Shown: one piece after another, positions 39,156 through 49,912 of the stretch
Layout: every line of letters begins with the position of its first letter
How positions within the stretch are numbered: the stretch's first letter is position 1
Assembly (NCBI GenBank): GCA_963662625.1
Contig: OY759726.1
Span: forward strand, 576,001-640,000
Source of the DNA: Nitrosopumilus sp.
GTDB lineage: Archaea > Thermoproteota > Nitrososphaeria > Nitrososphaerales > Nitrosopumilaceae
DNA: 64,000 nt
Direction of reading: 5' to 3'
Program-made: the position numbers and the translations under genes
The notes under the pieces: model-generated
Database searches by the model: none
What the model saw: only the letters and a program-made list of their open reading frames with translations
Told to the model about the DNA's origin: nothing

Positions 39156-40379
39156 TTGGCTAAGAGATCTACCTACAGGGGAATCATGAGGGACGTCGCC
39201 ATCATAGCGGTCGGCGTCATCGCGATATGGCTCTCGCTCCAGGCCGTGTTCGGGACGCAGAACCCGTTTTACGTAGTCGCCAGCAACAGCATGGTCCCGG
39301 AACTGTCGGTGTACGACGTGCTGGTCGTCCAGGGGCACGCTCCGTTTGCGGAGGTGCAGGTGGGGGACGTCATCGTGTTTGACCGCCCCCTGGACCACAA
39401 CAGGGTGATAGTGCACAGGGTCGTGTCCGTAATGGACGACGATCCAAGGACGCTGAGGACCAAGGGGGACGCCAACTCGGCGTCGATCCCGGGCACGGAC
39501 TATCCCATCACGGAAAAAGAATACATCGGGACTGTCACGTACGTCATACCGCAGGTAGGCTACGTCACCCAGGTCCTAAAGCCGCCGGTCAACTACATCA
39601 TAATCGCCATAGTCATAGGGATAATGATAGCAAAGCAGGTGGTAAAGGGCAAGAAGGAGCAGGAGCCCGCGGACGCCTTGGGCAAGGACGCGGGCAAGGC
39701 GGGAGCAATAGACTCGCTCGAGGGGCTGTCGGGAATCGACAGGACTGAGAGGTATTCGGAGTACTCCAGGCACGCGGAGAGGCGGGATGGTGCGGAGCCA
39801 GGAAAGGCCGAGGAGCCAGGAAAGGCCGAGGAGCCAGGAAAGGCCGAGGAGCCAGGAAAGGCCGAGGAGCCAGGAAAGGCCGAGGAGCCAGGAAAGGCCG
39901 AGGAGCCAGGAAAGGCCGAGGAGCCAGGAAAGGCCGAGGAGCCAGGAAAGGCCGAGGAGCCAGGAAAGGCCGAGGAGCCAGGAAAGGCCGAGGAGCCAGG
40001 AAAGGCCGAGGAGCCAGGAAAGGCCGAGGAGCCAGGAAAGGCCGAGGAGCCAGGAAAGGCCGAGGAGCCAGGAAAGGCCGAGGAGCCAGGAAAGGCCGAG
40101 GAGCCAGGAAAGGCCGAGGAGCCAGGAAAGGCCGAGGAGCCAGGAAAGGCCGAGGAGCCAGGAAAGGCCGAGGAGCCAGGAAAGGCCGAGGAGCCAGGAA
40201 AGGCCGAGGAGCCAGGAAAGGCCGAGGAGTCAGGAAAGGCCGAGGAGTCAGGAAAGGCCGAGGAGTCAGGAAAGGCCGAGGAGTCAGGAAAGGCCGAGGA
40301 GTCAGGAAAGGCCGAGGAGTCAGGAAAGGCCGAGGAGTCAGGAAAGGCCGAGGACGATGCCAAGGACCGGCAAGCCTAG
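39156..40379 (+). CDS. signal peptidase I (Sec11-type) with C-terminal hexapeptide-repeat tail
   Basis: [10 protein letters not shown] (Ser), VGDVIVF, IVHRV (His), TKGDAN; two TM segments. Confidence 0.9.
   Translation: MAKRSTYRGIMRDVAIIAVGVIAIWLSLQAVFGTQNPFYVVASNSMVPELSVYDVLVVQGHAPFAEVQVGDVIVFDRPLDHNRVIVHRVVSVMDDDPRTLRTKGDANSASIPGTDYPITEKEYIGTVTYVIPQVGYVTQVLKPPVNYIIIAIVIGIMIAKQVVKGKKEQEPADALGKDAGKAGAIDSLEGLSGIDRTERYSEYSRHAERRDGAEPGKAEEPGKAEEPGKAEEPGKAEEPGKAEEPGKAEEPGKAEEPGKAEEPGKAEEPGKAEEPGKAEEPGKAEEPGKAEEPGKAEEPGKAEEPGKAEEPGKAEEPGKAEEPGKAEEPGKAEEPGKAEEPGKAEEPGKAEEPGKAEESGKAEESGKAEESGKAEESGKAEESGKAEESGKAEESGKAEDDAKDRQA
39795..40352 (+). repeat. 18-bp coding tandem repeat, 31 copies
   Basis: 24 x gagccaggaaaggccgag followed by 7 x gagtcaggaaaggccgag. 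Confidence 0.97.
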
Positions 40380-41902
40380 AGCACGGATTCCTTGGTCTTG
40401 AACACGCGCTTAAAGTACTCGGACGACTCTGCCGGCTCCTCGACGTCGCTCGTGATGCCGGCCAGGTTCTTTGCGAGGTTCTTCTTGTACCCTATCTGCA
40501 TCTGCCTCTGGATCTGGATCCTCTGCGCCTGCGGGGAGCCCGCGCCGTGCATGGACTCCGTGAGGTAGCCCACGGCGTTCCGCCCGAGCGTCATGTTCTC
40601 GATCAGCCGCAGGATCCTCATGCGGTTCTCGACGTCCGTCCCCTTGCGTCCGGCCAGGTACTTCTTGAGCAGCGGCCCCGCCTCCGGGTGCCTAAAGTCC
40701 TTCTCGGACGGCAGCGTCACCACCAGGCCGCCGGCCACGTCCTGCGCGAGCCTGCTTATCTCGTACGGGAAGCGCGTCACGTTGTGCTTGCACACCTGTG
40801 CGAGCATGTCGTCGTTGAGGTAGACGCCGGACTTTAGCTTGTGGCCCTGGTACGACGACGCGATCCCGGCGGCGAATATGGTCTCGTTGAGGTGGGTCAT
40901 CTCGGTTATCTTGTCCTTGATGTGGGACACCCTGGGCACGCCGTTATAGTCCGCGATGGTGGCGGCCGCGCCGATCAGGACGTCGCCGAGCCCCGTCTTG
41001 CAGACGTAGCTGCGCCTGTGGTAGCACGTAAAGCGCTCCACCAGCATGGACGCGAACTCGTGCTCGCCGTGCATGAAGACCCTGTCCCAAGGGATGAAGA
41101 CCCTGTCCAGGATTATCAGCGCCTCCTGCCCGCCGAACTTCGCGTTGCCGGCGTCGATGTCGCCCTCCTCCATGCTCCGGGTGTCGCAGGACTGCCTCCC
41201 GTAGATGTAGGTGACCCCCTTCGCGTCGGCGGGGATGGCGCCCACGAGCGCCCAGTCCTTGTCGTTCCCCGTGAGCCGTATGGTGGGCATCAGTATTATC
41301 CAGTGGGAGTTGATGCACCCGGTCTGGTGTGCCTTGGCGCCGGACACGTAGATGCCCCTCTCGTCCCGGTCCACCACCCGCGTGAACAGGTCGGGATCGT
41401 CCTGCTCGGACGGCCCCTTGCTCCTGTCCCCCTTCGGGTCGGTCATGGCGCCGCCGATCACCAGGTTCTCCCGCTGGACCATCTTCACGAACTCGAGGAA
41501 CCTCCGGTGGTAGTCGGTCCCGTGCTTTTCGTCGATCTCGAACGTGGTGGAGTGCAGCGCGTTGAGCGCGTCCATCCCGACGCACCTCTGGAAGCACGTG
41601 CCGGTGTTCTGGCCCAGCTTCCTCTGCATCTTGTTCTGCATGACCAGGTCCTGCGCGCTCTCCGCTATGTGCAGGAACCTGTTGACCTGGAGCCCCGTGA
41701 TCGAGGACTCCGCGGAGGCCAGTTCGGCCTCCCTGACTGCCAGGTCGTACGTCTCGGCCACGGCGTTGATCGAGGGGCGTATCATCGGGTGGTCCACCGG
41801 CTCCTTGACCAGCTGCCCGAAGAGGTACACCTTGAGGTCACGGCCGCGCAGGCTCTCTATATAGTCCTCGCCCGTGCGTATGGTCTTGAGGACGTTCGCC
41901 AT
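40376..41902 (-). CDS. abfD: 4-hydroxybutyryl-CoA dehydratase (3HP/4HB cycle)
   Basis: [44 protein letters not shown]. Confidence 0.96.
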   Translation of the reverse strand: MANVLKTIRTGEDYIESLRGRDLKVYLFGQLVKEPVDHPMIRPSINAVAETYDLAVREAELASAESSITGLQVNRFLHIAESAQDLVMQNKMQRKLGQNTGTCFQRCVGMDALNALHSTTFEIDEKHGTDYHRRFLEFVKMVQRENLVIGGAMTDPKGDRSKGPSEQDDPDLFTRVVDRDERGIYVSGAKAHQTGCINSHWIILMPTIRLTGNDKDWALVGAIPADAKGVTYIYGRQSCDTRSMEEGDIDAGNAKFGGQEALIILDRVFIPWDRVFMHGEHEFASMLVERFTCYHRRSYVCKTGLGDVLIGAAATIADYNGVPRVSHIKDKITEMTHLNETIFAAGIASSYQGHKLKSGVYLNDDMLAQVCKHNVTRFPYEISRLAQDVAGGLVVTLPSEKDFRHPEAGPLLKKYLAGRKGTDVENRMRILRLIENMTLGRNAVGYLTESMHGAGSPQAQRIQIQRQMQIGYKKNLAKNLAGITSDVEEPAESSEYFKRVFKTKESVL

Positions 41903-41980
41903 ACGGTTTGTTTGCCCGAGGTTGTATAAATATTCTATAACTGTGGGGCGTGGCCGCCGTTCCGGGCACGCCGGCGCGGA

Positions 41981-44077
41981 TCAGAGGCCTATGCGCACGT
42001 CGAGGATCCTGCAGCCCCTGCCCTCTTCCATGACCAGGACCGGGTTCATGTCCAGCTCCCTGATCTCCGCAAAGTCGGAGACCAGCTGCGAGAGCCTCTG
42101 GATGCACTCGGACAGCTTGGCTATGTCGGACGGCCTCTCCCCCCTGACGCCCCGGAGGAGCTTCTGGGTCCTGATCGAGGCGATCATGTCGTCTGCCTCG
42201 CGGCTCGTGACCGGGGCCAGCCTGAACGTGACGTCCTTGAGGACCTCGACGTATATCCCGCCCATCCCCAGCATGACCACCGGGCCGAAGCCCGGCTCCA
42301 GCTTGGAGCCGATGATCAGCTCCTTGCCGCCCCTTACCATCTCGACTACCAGGACGCCCTTTATCTCGGCGTCCTTGTCGTACTTCCTCGCGTTTGCCGT
42401 TATCTCCCTGAACGCGGACCTGACCTCGGCGTCGCTCCCCAGGCCGACCCTGACCCCGCCCGCGTCGGACTTGTGGATGATCTGGGGGGAGGCGATCTTC
42501 ATGACCACCGGGTAGCCCGTCCTCCTCGCTGCCTTGACCGCGTCTGCCGCCGTCACGGCGAGCGAGCTCCTCGGGAGCGGCAGCCCGTACGCCTTGAGGA
42601 CCTGCTGCCCCTCCTCCTCGAGCAGGTTGCGGCGCCCCTCCTTCCTGGCCCTGGCGAGGATCCTTCCGGCCCCGGCCTTGTCGACCTTGAACCTGGTGAC
42701 CCTCCCGGCCGGGGTCCTGACCCACTCGGAGAACCTCAGCATCGCGGCCAGCGTCCGTATGGCGCCCTCCGCGTAGGCATAGTACGGCACGCTGCCGGCC
42801 GCCATGATCTCCCTGTTGGTGGTCCCCTCGTCGAGGCCCATCAGGCTCGCGAGCATCGTCTTCTTGTACTTCTTGGACATCGACACTATCACCTCGGCGA
42901 GTTTGTCGTAGTCCAGCGTCCCCGACGGGGTGCACATGGATATCACGGAGCCCACGTCGGGGTGCCTCAGCACACGGTCCAGCACGTTGCGGAACCGCTC
43001 GTAGTCGGCGTCGCCCACGATGTCGACCGGGTTGCGCGAGCTCCCCCACGGCGGGATCACCGCGTCTATCTTCGGCCTGACGCTGTCGATCTTGGCCATC
43101 CTGATCCCCATCTTGGAGCACGCGTCGGTCGAGATGATCGCCGGGCCGCCGGCGTTCGACACTATGGCCAGGCCGCCCTTTGCCGGGAGCGGCTGCTCGG
43201 AGAACGCCGTGGCATAGTCGAACAGCTCCTCCATCGTGTCGACGCGTATGGCGCCGGCCTGCCTCAGCAGGGCGTCGTAGATCTCGTCGGAGCCCATGAG
43301 CGCGCCGGTGTGGGACATCGCCGCCTTTGCGCCCTCCGGGCTCCTGCCGGACTTTAGGACGAGCACCGGCTTCCTCAGCTTCCTGGTTATGTTCTTGCAG
43401 ACCTTGAGGAACTCCTGGCCGTCGCCCATGTCCTCGAGGTACATCACGATGACCCGGGTCTGCTCGTGGTTTGCCAGCATCCTCAGGACGTCGACCTCGC
43501 TCATGGCCGCCTTGTTTCCCATGCTGACCACCGCCGAGAACCCGATCCCCTGCGCGCTCGCGTCCTCGACGAGCGCCGCGCATATGGCGCCGCTCTGCGA
43601 GACCAGCGCGATCTTGCCCGACTTTGGGGTTATCTTGAGGAAGGTGGAGTTCATCATGGTCTTAGGGTCCAGGTTCATGACGCCGAGGCAGTTCGGCCCG
43701 ATCACCTGGATCTTGTGCCTCTCCGCTATGGCCCCCAGCTCCCGCTCCATCCTGGCGCCCTCCTCGTCGACCTCCTTGAAGCCGGCGGTGATTATGATCG
43801 CGCCCCTCACCTTCTTCCTGCCGCACTCCTCGAGCACCCCGGCGACCAGCGTGTTCTTTATGACGATCACGGCAAGGTCCACCGGCCTTGGCACGTCCAT
43901 GACGCTCTTGTACGCCTTCTTCGAGAAGACCTTGGGCCTTGACGGGCTTATCGGGTACACCTTCCCCCGGAACCCCTTCATGATGTTCGACGTGATGGTG
44001 GCCCCGACGCTTCCCGGCTTGTCGGATGCGCCTATCACGGCGATCGACTTTGGCGAGAGGAAGACGGATTCTGCCAT
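41981..44077 (-). CDS. ADP-forming acyl-CoA synthetase, probably 4-hydroxybutyrate-CoA ligase
   Basis: CoA-binding SIAVIGAS, GPNCLG, SHTGAL, C-terminal ATP-grasp HKSDAGGV; adjacent to abfD. Confidence 0.9.
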   Translation of the reverse strand: MAESVFLSPKSIAVIGASDKPGSVGATITSNIMKGFRGKVYPISPSRPKVFSKKAYKSVMDVPRPVDLAVIVIKNTLVAGVLEECGRKKVRGAIIITAGFKEVDEEGARMERELGAIAERHKIQVIGPNCLGVMNLDPKTMMNSTFLKITPKSGKIALVSQSGAICAALVEDASAQGIGFSAVVSMGNKAAMSEVDVLRMLANHEQTRVIVMYLEDMGDGQEFLKVCKNITRKLRKPVLVLKSGRSPEGAKAAMSHTGALMGSDEIYDALLRQAGAIRVDTMEELFDYATAFSEQPLPAKGGLAIVSNAGGPAIISTDACSKMGIRMAKIDSVRPKIDAVIPPWGSSRNPVDIVGDADYERFRNVLDRVLRHPDVGSVISMCTPSGTLDYDKLAEVIVSMSKKYKKTMLASLMGLDEGTTNREIMAAGSVPYYAYAEGAIRTLAAMLRFSEWVRTPAGRVTRFKVDKAGAGRILARARKEGRRNLLEEEGQQVLKAYGLPLPRSSLAVTAADAVKAARRTGYPVVMKIASPQIIHKSDAGGVRVGLGSDAEVRSAFREITANARKYDKDAEIKGVLVVEMVRGGKELIIGSKLEPGFGPVVMLGMGGIYVEVLKDVTFRLAPVTSREADDMIASIRTQKLLRGVRGERPSDIAKLSECIQRLSQLVSDFAEIRELDMNPVLVMEEGRGCRILDVRIGL

Positions 44078-44229
44078 GGTACGGCTTTGATGTCTGGGGG
44101 TTTGTATAATAAAGTATTCATGGGATCAGTCGTGGTAGGCTGCTCCCCCCTCCCCAAAGGTCAATTATTGGCGATCATCTAAAGCTAAACACCATAAACA
44201 CCCAATTCTGGTGTCTACAGTCGTCAAGC

Positions 44230-44630
44230 AACTGCGTGATGAAATACCATCCGGAGGCCAGGATCAAGAAAGACGCAGCGAAGCCAGACGTGAGAAGCGT
44301 GCTGGCCGAGGGGGACAATACCATAATGGATCTAAAGAAGAGGCTGAGCCATTGCACGAACCCCCACATGCCCCGTCCGAGAACTCCACACCCCACGAGG
44401 TAGAGGGATTGGAGAGCTATGGCGGTCCAAGCCCCGCCTCCCGCCCCGTATAAAATGCCTCCTGATGCAAAAGGGATATGCGGGGGCGTCCGGGGACTGA
44501 GGTTCCGAGGATCACCGGTGCTGAGGAGGGATCCCAACTGGGCTTCTGTGATCTCCAGCCCGCATGTGACGCCGACGTTACTTGGAGCCACGAAGACCCA
44601 AGTGGGGAAGTTCAAGATCGGCATCCCATA
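44230..44630 (+). pseudogene. degraded IS66-type transposase 5' fragment
   Basis: Frameshifted DLKKRLSH / HEPPHAPSENS resembles the IS66 N-terminus seen at 45444 (RLAHHGNAHSPP). Confidence 0.4.
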
Positions 44631-44648
44631 GGTACTCCATAATGAGGC

Positions 44649-45215
44649 CTAGCGGGGATATTTCGACCGGGGGTTGTATGCGCACACATCTATGATGTCT
44701 TGGGTGAACAGAATACTTTCATCAAATACGTCTAACAGGGATTGGTTTACAGGCAGTTCACTTGCATAGCATAACTGTGTTATGACTCCCGCGTCTTTGG
44801 CTGCCTGGACGGCATATACAAAATCACTGTCGGCAGTCATAATTATGGCTTTCTGAATTTGTTTATCCCAACTCATTCTAACGAGATCCACCCCCAACAT
44901 CATATCCACTCCTTGTTGTGTATAACGGACATGATCGTTGTCAGTTGTTTTTTGTAACCTGCCTAATTTTACCTCAAAGCGGGGTATGTTTTTTAGCTGG
45001 TTAACAAAACGGTGTGCCGTACTGTATCGTTGTTTCTCGTCATTGGTTGGAGGGGTGCTTTGGAAAGGCATTGAGGTGTAATAATAAGTTCGTAGATGAG
45101 CCATGTCTTTGCTTAGCCTCTCGGACAATTTTTTAAAGTCTATCTTGGGGTTGCCTTTTCGGCGTAAAATGACAGCTAAATAACCCCCGTCAATAAAAAT
45201 TGCGCAACGATCCAT
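44649..45215 (-). CDS. NYN (LabA/DUF88, PIN-like) domain nuclease
   Basis: IFIDGGYL, QQGVDMMLGVDL, TADSDF; AT-rich. Confidence 0.9.
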   Translation of the reverse strand: MDRCAIFIDGGYLAVILRRKGNPKIDFKKLSERLSKDMAHLRTYYYTSMPFQSTPPTNDEKQRYSTAHRFVNQLKNIPRFEVKLGRLQKTTDNDHVRYTQQGVDMMLGVDLVRMSWDKQIQKAIIMTADSDFVYAVQAAKDAGVITQLCYASELPVNQSLLDVFDESILFTQDIIDVCAYNPRSKYPR

Positions 45216-45398
45216 AAAACACGTAGTGGTAAGGCATTATTATAATTGCTGCCGTGCCTAGGAACGGCAACGGGTATTTTCTCTATCGTTGATTAAAACG
45301 ATAGGGCCCATTTAGGACTGCCGTACGATGAACGACAGCGGACATATAGCAACATGTACGTTCTGGAATTATAATTTAAACATTTGGTTATTGCAGAC

Positions 45399-46878
45399 GT
45401 ATGAGGTCACGTATGCTGACCCTTTAATCAACAAGGCGCGATCATGCTGATCCTTATGGCGGTAGGTGCCAGTCCGTGCGTGGCAAGGCGCAGAACGACC
45501 AGGCAGCTGGAGGGCATGCTGGCACGGGCGCCCGGCGATATCGACTCACTCACGTCAAAATACAAGGAGGCGATGGCAGAAACCAGGAGGCCCCGGGCCC
45601 GCCTCGCGCACCACGGGAACGCCCACTCCCCGCCGCCGGCCAAGCCGCCGGGATGGAAGGAAGCCAGGCGGGCGAGGAGGAAGGCCCGGAAGGCGGCTCC
45701 GGAGGGGGGCGGCGGCAGGGCCCCCGCGGGGAAGCCCGGCGGGCAGCCGGGGCACCGCGGGGCGTCCCGCGGGCACGCGCCGGGGCGCACGGTGCGCCAC
45801 GGGTTCGAGGGGGGCGTCCCGCCCGGGTGCGGCCGGTGCGGCCGCGGGACCGTGCCGGGCAGGCCCGCCACGCGGGACATGCCGGGCTTTGAGGTTACCG
45901 TGACGGAGACGCGCCACGCCGTCCAGACCGCCGCGTGCCCCAAGTGCGGCAGGGGGCACGTGGCGCCAAGCGGCCTCCCTGCGCGCGGGAGCTGCGGCAG
46001 GAACGCGGTGGCCGCGGTGGCCGCGCTGCGCCACGCGGCCGTCCCGTTCGGGAAGGCGGCGGGGGCCGTGCGGGAGATCACGGGGGTGAGGATCGCGAAA
46101 CCGGCCGCGACAAGCGTGACGGGGCGCGCCCGCGGCGCGATGCGCGGGCCGTTCCGGGACATCGCGGGCCGCGCCAGGAGGCCCGAGAGGGCCGGGGCCG
46201 ACGAGACGCGCGCCAACCTGGCGGGCGAGGGCGGGCGGGCGCGGGTCACCCGGTCCGGCAGGAACGCCGTGACCGTGCACGGCCGGAGCAGGGGGCCGCG
46301 GGTGCCAGGCAGGCACGCGGGCGGGTACCGCGGGATCGTCACGTCCGGCAGGCCCTCCGCGTACGGGAGGTCCGGCCCGGGAGGGCGCCACCGGCCGTGC
46401 CGGTCCCGCGGGCTGCGGGAGCTGCGGCACGCCGCGGAGAGGAAGGGGGCGGCGCCGCGCGCCGGGGTGCTGTACCGGCAGGCGTCCGGCGCGTACGCCG
46501 GGGCGCTGGCGGCCGCCGCCCCGGGCAGGCATTCGGCTCGCACGCGCCGCGTTTCCGGGTCTGGCATGCGCAGGCTGCCGTTCGGGCACGGGGACGCCGG
46601 GGGCACCGCGCCTGCCCCCCTGGCGGGCAGGCTGCAGGCGCCGCTGCCCCGCCCGTCCGCGTTCCCGGGGCACGGGGGGCGGGGCCCACGAACAACGCCC
46701 CCGGGCGCGGCCTGCGGCACGTGGCGGTGTCCCGAAAGATAAGCGGCCAGATCAAGGGCGGGAAGCCCTGGAGGGACAGGCGGTCCCGCCCCATGACGTG
46801 CATGATCACGTGGGAGAGGCACGGGAAATCCCTGTCAGGCGAGGTATCCAAGATAGTGTAAGGGTGGTGACCTCATAC
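45399..46878 (+). mobile_element. IS66-family element
   Basis: Perfect 12-bp TIR gtatgaggtcac / gtgacctcatac; perfect 8-bp TSD TTGCAGAC at 45391-45398 and 46879-46886. Confidence 0.93.
45444..46861 (+). pseudogene. IS66 transposase (TnpC-like), heavily decayed and frameshifted near 46690
   Basis: KPGGQPGHRG, CGRCG and CPKCG zinc finger, ADET; C-terminus PTNN...LRHVAVSRKISG lies in another frame. Confidence 0.85.
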
Positions 46879-46915
46879 TTGCAGACGGCACAGGCTAAGA
46901 TTCGGGGCCGGGCGT

Positions 46916-47272
46916 TCAGCTGCCCAGCATCTTCCCCGCGAGGTTCTCCTTCCTCGGGATCCACGCGATCTTCAGGTCGCCGTACCCCCCGATGATCCCC
47001 CAGGCCTGCTGCGCGAGCTCCCGCAGCCTGGCGTTGTTTATGGCGAACTCGTGGTTCAGCTGGTTTACGGTTACCTGCGAGTCGCTGAATACGGTGACCG
47101 GCCCGTCCTCGCCGGCGAACTTTTCCAGCGCGGATATTATGGCCATGTACTCGGCCTGGTTGTTGGTTATGCCGGGCTTTTCCGCATAGAAGGAGGTGCC
47201 GGTCTCCTTGACAAAGTACCCATAGCCGCCGTTGGGCCCTCCCGACCCGTCCACGTAGACGCTAACCGCCAT
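46916..47272 (-). CDS. rnhA: ribonuclease HI
   Basis: VYVDGS, TNNQAEY, FSDSQ, WIPRKENLA. Confidence 0.88.
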   Translation of the reverse strand: MAVSVYVDGSGGPNGGYGYFVKETGTSFYAEKPGITNNQAEYMAIISALEKFAGEDGPVTVFSDSQVTVNQLNHEFAINNARLRELAQQAWGIIGGYGDLKIAWIPRKENLAGKMLGS

Positions 47273-47714
47273 CCCTGTACAGCCTGGCAATCTTCACACT
47301 GATATTCATTGCTGCCACGTAGACCATGATGGAGATGGACTGGGACATTATCGACGCGGCGTACGGGTCGTGCCCCCAAGTCAGGAAGTAGTACTGGGCG
47401 AGCCACCTGACCGCGGTGTACACGGCCTCGGAGACCCCCAGCGAGGCGATTATCTTGAGGACGTCACGCCGGAGCGCCGCCCCGTCCAGCCGGCCGTCGG
47501 CCATGGCATAGTCCCCCCTGTGTGAGAGGCAGTACAGGCCCCCGAACGTGGACAGGTAGACGAGGTGGTCCACTGCCAGGGTGTAGGTTGCGTTCATGTG
47601 GTCTTCCTGCCCGGACATCAGCTGGGCGAATGCCGCCGACGCCGTGATCGACGCCGCGAAGGCGATCAGCATGTTCCTGTTCAGCTTGAGGTATTCGGAG
47701 CGTCTTTCCGGCAC
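47262..47714 (-). CDS. multi-pass membrane protein
   Basis: About four hydrophobic segments; overlaps the rnhA start. Confidence 0.7.
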   Translation of the reverse strand: MPERRSEYLKLNRNMLIAFAASITASAAFAQLMSGQEDHMNATYTLAVDHLVYLSTFGGLYCLSHRGDYAMADGRLDGAALRRDVLKIIASLGVSEAVYTAVRWLAQYYFLTWGHDPYAASIMSQSISIMVYVAAMNISVKIARLYRDGG

Positions 47715-47833
47715 AGGTTACCGGGGTCCCGGTTCCAATTAAACTAGCCAACCGGGCAGCGCCCGGCCGTGCCCGGGCCGCCCGCGCGTGGCCTATAAGG
47801 TATAAAAAACACGCGCGCGGACTAACGGTTGCG

Positions 47834-48715
47834 ATGATGCTGAACTACGACGCGCCCCTTTACAGGCCCCCGTCGGAGGCGCGCTCGCTCATCTTCCAGG
47901 TGACGCTCGGGTGCTCCTTCAACGAGTGCTCGTTTTGCGACATGTACAGGTCAAAGGACTACTCCGAGAGGCCGTGGGACGAGGTGAGGGCGGAGATCGA
48001 CCTCATGGCGGCCCAGGCGCCGGAGACCAGGAGGGTGTTCCTGGCCGACGGCGACGCCCTGAACCTCGACGCCGCGTACCTGGAGAGGATAGTCAGGCAC
48101 GTCAGGGGAAAGTTCCCCCGCCTGGAGAGGATCTCCTGCTACGCGATGCCCATGAACATCCTGAAAAAGACCCCCGGGGAGCTGGAGGCGCTGAACAGGG
48201 CCGGGCTCGACATGTTCTACCTGGGGATAGAGACCGGCTCCGACGTCATACTCAAGAAGGTCACGAAGGGCGCCACGTCCAGGACGATAATAAAGTCGGT
48301 CAACAAGGCAAAGGACGCCGGGTACACCGTGTCGTGCATGGTGATACTGGGCCTGGGCGGCAGGACGCACTCGGAGGATCACGTGAACGGCACCGCCGAG
48401 GTGATCAACGCCTGCGCGCCGCACTACGTGGGGGCACTCACCCTGTACCTGGAGAACGGGATAAAGCAAGAGTTCCTGGACAAGTTCGGGGAGCCGTTTG
48501 TCAGGATAGACGACGACGGGGCCCTGGAGGAGCTGCGCGGCCTGGTCAGCAGGGTAGAGTCCAAGGACGAGATCGTGTTCAGGGCAAACCACGGGTCCAA
48601 CGCGTACACGGTAAAGGGGACGTTCCCGCAGGACAAGCAGGCGATGCTGGACAAGATAGAATGGATGAGGGCCCACCCCGAGACCGCGCGCCCCCAGGGG
48701 CTGCGCGGGTTCTAG
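47834..48715 (+). CDS. radical SAM protein
   Basis: YRPPSEA, GCSFNECSFCDMY, FLADGDAL, FRANHGSN. Confidence 0.9.
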   Translation: MMLNYDAPLYRPPSEARSLIFQVTLGCSFNECSFCDMYRSKDYSERPWDEVRAEIDLMAAQAPETRRVFLADGDALNLDAAYLERIVRHVRGKFPRLERISCYAMPMNILKKTPGELEALNRAGLDMFYLGIETGSDVILKKVTKGATSRTIIKSVNKAKDAGYTVSCMVILGLGGRTHSEDHVNGTAEVINACAPHYVGALTLYLENGIKQEFLDKFGEPFVRIDDDGALEELRGLVSRVESKDEIVFRANHGSNAYTVKGTFPQDKQAMLDKIEWMRAHPETARPQGLRGF

Positions 48716-48737
48716 GCATGATCTGCGGCGCCCGGCG

Positions 48738-49250
48738 TCACTTTACCTTGCAGCAGCTGCTGCGCTGCAGCCCGCGCGCGATCCAGTAGATCGACAGCGC
48801 CAGCACGCCGGCGGATACCAGCTTCAGCTCCAGCCCCTGCATCGGGAAGATCGAGAGCCCCCCGACCGCGCCCAGGACGACCGCCAGCGGGGCGGTGCAC
48901 GCTGGGCACCCCGGGGTGAACGCGGCGAACGCCCCGCCCAGGACGGCCGACGAGCCCGACTTTACGGAGTTCGCCATCCTCATCCGGCTTATCTTGTAGG
49001 CGATCAGCGCGATGTTGACCCCCCCCAGCGCCGAGATCGCCGCCGTCAGCCCCACCGAGGCGGCCACGTGCGCCGGGGCCGCCGGCGCCTCCACCCCGAA
49101 GTGCGAGGGCAGCAGCGACATCGTCAGGAAGAAGTAGGCGGCGCCCAGCCCGATCCCGGAGGCCGCCGCTATCCCGGCGTACCTGCGGATGGACAGCACG
49201 TTGCGGATGAGTTCCATCTTGCCTGCCAACCCACAGGGGGTTGCGGCCAA
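48738..49250 (-). CDS. membrane protein with CxxC motif
   Basis: Four TM segments, PGCPAC; true start may be the ATG near 49217. Confidence 0.7.
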   Translation of the reverse strand: MAATPCGLAGKMELIRNVLSIRRYAGIAAASGIGLGAAYFFLTMSLLPSHFGVEAPAAPAHVAASVGLTAAISALGGVNIALIAYKISRMRMANSVKSGSSAVLGGAFAAFTPGCPACTAPLAVVLGAVGGLSIFPMQGLELKLVSAGVLALSIYWIARGLQRSSCCKVK

Positions 49251-49370
49251 TGGTATTTTAATTATTGTCCATAAATACTCTGGTAAATCTTAGGCGGTTT
49301 TGGGGGGATCCGCCCATGCCGTTAAATTAGGGTGTCTGACACCACATCGCCGATCGGTACTGGTTACAGA

Positions 49371-49787
49371 CTATACTGTCGTAGAGATTTCCGGGGTTTT
49401 TATCTGTTGGGCATGGCCGATTCTTTCCGTGTCTGCATCAATACGCTCTTGCATTGTTTCGTTAGCAAGAGCCCCATCTATCCTTCTTGTAGCGACTTCA
49501 AAAACAAATTTTTCTAACAGTTGTGCAGCCTCGGATTCTGGATCAAGCTTAAACATTTTTGCTCGCCCCACGTTTCTCGTGAATTTTATCAGTCCTGCTG
49601 ATTCAAGTTTTGGCAGTGCCCTAAAAACAGTTCTTTTAGAAACTCGCGAAGATTCTGCAATGTCGGTTTCTGAGTAATCAAAATCCCTGTATGTTATGAA
49701 AAAATCCAGTAATTTTGCACTAGCATTTCCAGAAAGCAGCCATTCCAATGCGCCCATATCATTCGATTCCATAACTTTTGAAGGCAT
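49371..49787 (-). CDS. winged-helix DNA-binding protein (AT-rich island)
   Basis: KLLDFFITYRDFDYSETDIAESSRVSKRTVFRALPKLE...RNVGRAKMFKL. Confidence 0.8.
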   Translation of the reverse strand: MPSKVMESNDMGALEWLLSGNASAKLLDFFITYRDFDYSETDIAESSRVSKRTVFRALPKLESAGLIKFTRNVGRAKMFKLDPESEAAQLLEKFVFEVATRRIDGALANETMQERIDADTERIGHAQQIKTPEISTTV

Positions 49788-49912
49788 TGATTATGTATGA
49801 CATATACGGTATAGATAAAGGTTGGGTTATGAATACATATAGATAATAATTGGCATACATATTATGACTTATATGGCATAATATTTATAAATGCTGGAGG
49901 ATATGTGTCCAC

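Noticed and set aside
39795-40352. CRISPR array
   Set aside because: Contiguous 18-bp units without spacers, in frame within a CDS
44114-44635. TIR/TSD for the first IS66 fragment
   Set aside because: Only a 10/13 inverted match and the flanking duplications do not register
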